Of a stretch of 61,461 nt of DNA, positions 58,939-61,461 are shown piece by piece. Under the pieces are notes generated by a model. It was not told the origin of the DNA. It worked only from the letters and a program-made list of their open reading frames with translations, and did no database searches. Made by a program: the position numbers and the translations under genes. Numbering within the stretch: the first letter of the stretch is position 1; the number at the start of each line of letters is the position of its first letter. Source of the stretch: a virus (Duplodnaviria; Caudoviricetes); the IMG/VR virus record IMGVR_UViG_3300009151_000077, positions 1 to 61,461 of that record. One strand, written 5' to 3'.

Positions 58939-59237
58939 TGAAAGATCCTAGGTTAGAACGTGCTGGAGTCACTGGTTACAACCAACCTAAGAAAACCCCA
59001 AGTCACCCAACTAAGAGCCATGTTGTGGTTGCTAAGTCGGGTGACGAGGTTAAGCTTATTCGCTTTGGTCAACAAGGTGTTAAAACAAATCAAACGGTAG
59101 GTCAGCGTGAGGCGTTTAAGAGTCGTCATGCTAAAAATATCGAAAAGGGTAAAATGAGTGCTGCGTATTGGGCTAACAAGGTTAAGTGGAGTCCAAGCAA
59201 GACAGCATCTCCTAGTACTAAATGGAAGAAGGGATAA
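58938..59237 (+). CDS. Conserved basic phage protein
   Basis: KSHVV.AK.G..VKLIRFGQQG...FKSRH...SAAYWA pattern. Confidence 0.7.
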   Translation: MKDPRLERAGVTGYNQPKKTPSHPTKSHVVVAKSGDEVKLIRFGQQGVKTNQTVGQREAFKSRHAKNIEKGKMSAAYWANKVKWSPSKTASPSTKWKKG

Positions 59238-59428
59238 TGCTAATAATTAAAAGACATAAGGGTTTAGGTGACACGGTAGCTGCTATAACTAAGGCTACTG
59301 GTTTAGATAAGTTAGTCACTGAGGACTGCGGATGCAATAAGAGAAAGGAGGCATGGAATAATCCAGACCTATTAATAAATAAAATATTTTATGGGACAGA
59401 GCAAGACGTCGAAGTACTACGCAAGTAA
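59237..59428 (+). CDS. Small hypothetical protein
   Basis: GLGDTV..IT.ATG...DCGC..RKE pattern. Confidence 0.6.
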   Translation: MLIIKRHKGLGDTVAAITKATGLDKLVTEDCGCNKRKEAWNNPDLLINKIFYGTEQDVEVLRK

Positions 59429-59654
59429 TCCAGAGGCCGCTGAGAAACGTAGGGAGTATCAGAGAGAATTAAATAAGACAGATGCACAGAAGAAGTATCG
59501 TTCTGAACACAACAAAGCCAACCGAAAGGCAGGCACATATGGCAACGGTGACGGTGTGGATATGAGTTCGACAAAAAGTGGTAAATTTGTAAAAGAGAAA
59601 GCAAGTATAAATCGTGCTCGAAACGGTTCGAACGGTAAGAGCACAAAAAAATAA
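59391..59654 (+). CDS. Basic protein, degenerate HNH-like
   Basis: GDGVDMSS...SINRAR resembles GDGKDVxH...NRAR but lacks the His. Confidence 0.45.
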   Translation: MGQSKTSKYYASNPEAAEKRREYQRELNKTDAQKKYRSEHNKANRKAGTYGNGDGVDMSSTKSGKFVKEKASINRARNGSNGKSTKK

Positions 59655-59658
59655 AAAA

Positions 59659-59919
59659 ATGGCATATCAAAAATTACAGGCATCTAGAGCTGCCGCAGTT
59701 ACACCAAGTGAGGACTTTCCAATTCCATACGTTGGTGACCCATCAATCACTTGGCCTTGTGTACTATACACTGGTACAGGAGGAGACATTAAAGTTATGA
59801 CCGCTGGTGGTGACGAGGTTATTTTCTTCGGAACTGCACCTGGTTCATTCTTACCAATCCAAGTAATACAAGTATTTGAAGTTGATACAGCAGCTACAAA
59901 CATTATAGCACTCTGGTAA
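59659..59919 (+). CDS. Head spike/fibre base-like protein
   Basis: AAVTPS...LYTGTGGDIKV...GSFLPIQV...TAATNIIALW resembles the RcGTA spike-base family. Confidence 0.6.
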   Translation: MAYQKLQASRAAAVTPSEDFPIPYVGDPSITWPCVLYTGTGGDIKVMTAGGDEVIFFGTAPGSFLPIQVIQVFEVDTAATNIIALW

Positions 59920-59920
59920 T

Positions 59921-60256
59921 ATGTCTATATCAATGTCTATATCTGCTGGAGTTGGTTCAATTACCAATGCTCCAATTCTTGGTGATCCCCCAATTAATAC
60001 AAGTATTCCTAATATAGGTAAAGCAATCATATTACAACCTGGTGTGACAATAACTTGCGATGAAGGTAAATGGGAAAATAATCCATATATCTTTCAATAT
60101 CAATGGTATCGTGATGGAGTAGTAATATTTGCACCTGAAATTCCAGAATATACATTGACCGCTGATGATGTAGGTAGAAATATTAGTTGTTTAGTTATAG
60201 CTATAAATGAATTTGGAAAAACACCTCAGTTTAGTAATTCAGTTTATATATCTTAA
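59921..60256 (+). CDS. Ig-like domain virion protein
   Basis: YQWYRDG...YTLTADDVG..ISC.V.A.N..G pattern. Confidence 0.7.
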   Translation: MSISMSISAGVGSITNAPILGDPPINTSIPNIGKAIILQPGVTITCDEGKWENNPYIFQYQWYRDGVVIFAPEIPEYTLTADDVGRNISCLVIAINEFGKTPQFSNSVYIS

Positions 60257-60258
60257 TA

Positions 60259-60591
60259 ATGACAGGAAAATTCAGTAATCAAGGAGACGTAAATCCAGCT
60301 GGCACCATAATACATGAGTGTCCGTTAAATAATATTACTGAAATTTCATACATGAGATTTAATAACTCTGATTCAGATTATATATTAACTGTATCTAAGT
60401 ATGATAATTCTGTAGATGCACATATTAGATTATACTCTAAAGCTTTAGCTCAAGGTGACACAATTACAGATAATATGTTGTACGTATTAAATACAGGTGA
60501 CTACATATACGTTGAGTGTAATGTTGCAGCTACTACATATATTATAACTGGTGAGGACATGCCAAATATAAATATGATCCGATGCAAGTAG
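60259..60591 (+). CDS. Hypothetical virion protein
   Basis: Beta-rich; LNTGDYI motif; precedes the fibre gene. Confidence 0.55.
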   Translation: MTGKFSNQGDVNPAGTIIHECPLNNITEISYMRFNNSDSDYILTVSKYDNSVDAHIRLYSKALAQGDTITDNMLYVLNTGDYIYVECNVAATTYIITGEDMPNINMIRCK

Positions 60592-61461
60592 TTGATGGAG
60601 ATGGTAACGTATACGGTGAGGACAATTTAGAGATAAATGACGCAAGCGGTAAGCCTAAGACTACTGGCGGAGGTGGTGCCGTATGGGGTGGAATAACTGG
60701 AACTCTATCGGATCAGACTGATCTACAGACTGCATTAAATGCTAAACAAAATACATTAACCCCTGCTGCATTAACTAAGGTCGATGATACCAATGTAACC
60801 CTAACATTAGGTGGTAGTCCTTCCACGTCTTTATTACAAGCAACTAGTTTAACATTAGGATGGACAGGTACACTAGCTGATTCAAGGATAGCAAGTGCTT
60901 CAACTTGGAATGCAAAACAAAATGCAATAACTACTGGCACAACAGCACAATACTTTAGAGGTGATTTATCATTAGCTACATTTCCAACTATTGGCAGTTG
61001 GGGCACTTTAAACTACCCAACTTGGAGTACAGGAGCACCATTTGTAAAAATGACTGCTGCTGGTACATTTAGTCTTGATACTAATACATATCAACCTACT
61101 CTAATAAGTGGCACAAATATAAAGACAGTTAATAGTACTTCGCTTTTAGGTAGTGGTGATGTTGCAGTACAACCCACTTTAGTAAGTGGAACTTCAATTA
61201 AGACTATTAATAGCACTTCTTTATTAGGTAGTGGTAATATTATACTTGGTACTGGAACGGTTACATCAGTTAGTGGAACAACTCCAATTTCTGTATCTGG
61301 AGGCCCAGCTCCTGTTGTTTCAATTCAAGTAGCTAGCAGTTCTCAAAATGGTTATTTAGCTAATTCTGATTGGACTAGTTTTAATAATAAGCAATCACAA
61401 TTAGTAAGTGGAACAAATATTAAAACAGTAAATTCGAATACTTTATTAGGTAGTGGAGATG
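60582..61461 (+). CDS. Tail fibre protein (partial, runs off the window)
   Basis: Open frame from ATG 60582; WGGITGTLSDQTDL and three L(I/V)SGT.IKT.NS..LLGSG repeats. Confidence 0.75.
   Translation, partial: MQVVDGDGNVYGEDNLEINDASGKPKTTGGGGAVWGGITGTLSDQTDLQTALNAKQNTLTPAALTKVDDTNVTLTLGGSPSTSLLQATSLTLGWTGTLADSRIASASTWNAKQNAITTGTTAQYFRGDLSLATFPTIGSWGTLNYPTWSTGAPFVKMTAAGTFSLDTNTYQPTLISGTNIKTVNSTSLLGSGDVAVQPTLVSGTSIKTINSTSLLGSGNIILGTGTVTSVSGTTPISVSGGPAPVVSIQVASSSQNGYLANSDWTSFNNKQSQLVSGTNIKTVNSNTLLGSGD

Noticed and set aside
61080-61461. Tail-fibre repeats as a DGR template/variable repeat pair
   Set aside because: Differences look synonymous at the protein-repeat level, not adenine-specific, and no reverse transcriptase is present
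1-61461. Alternative genetic code, introns or inteins as in some Bacteroidota phages
   Set aside because: Long ORFs are intact and densely packed under the standard code; terminase, primase and helicase have ordinary lengths with no intein motifs noticed

Overview
A ~61 kb, near-complete and circularly permuted fragment of a lytic-type tailed phage, most likely a podovirus infecting Bacteroidota/Flavobacteriia. Host evidence: TAnnTTTG promoters, A-rich SD-less start regions, a BT4734-type primase and a DUF3127-type SSB. The + strand (53.7-61.5 kb, continuing at 0.1-36.6 kb) carries the late module: GroEL/GroES, small virion proteins, a truncated tail fibre, lysis genes, terminase, portal, scaffold, major capsid, tail proteins, a Thr-rich mucin-like protein next to a glycosyltransferase, a GNAT and three ejection-type proteins including a 3862-aa polyvalent protein. 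The - strand (53.2 to 36.5 kb) carries an array of tiny early genes, an origin-like mirrored repeat and replication/recombination genes. No DNA polymerase, integrase, RT or CRISPR array was seen. The standout is three type I hammerhead ribozymes with canonical cores at 52.1-53.0 kb (- strand). They lie between early genes and are predicted to cleave 22-24 nt upstream of an AUG. They share an identical stem I whose 3' strand is the start of a leader repeated about 12 times across the early-gene array. This suggests ribozyme-punctuated mRNA processing and possibly circular mRNAs. Other points: an anticodon-less tRNA-like RNA, a gene overprinted inside the giant protein, and a domain shared by the giant protein and a small early gene. 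All protein family calls come from motif recognition, not database searches.
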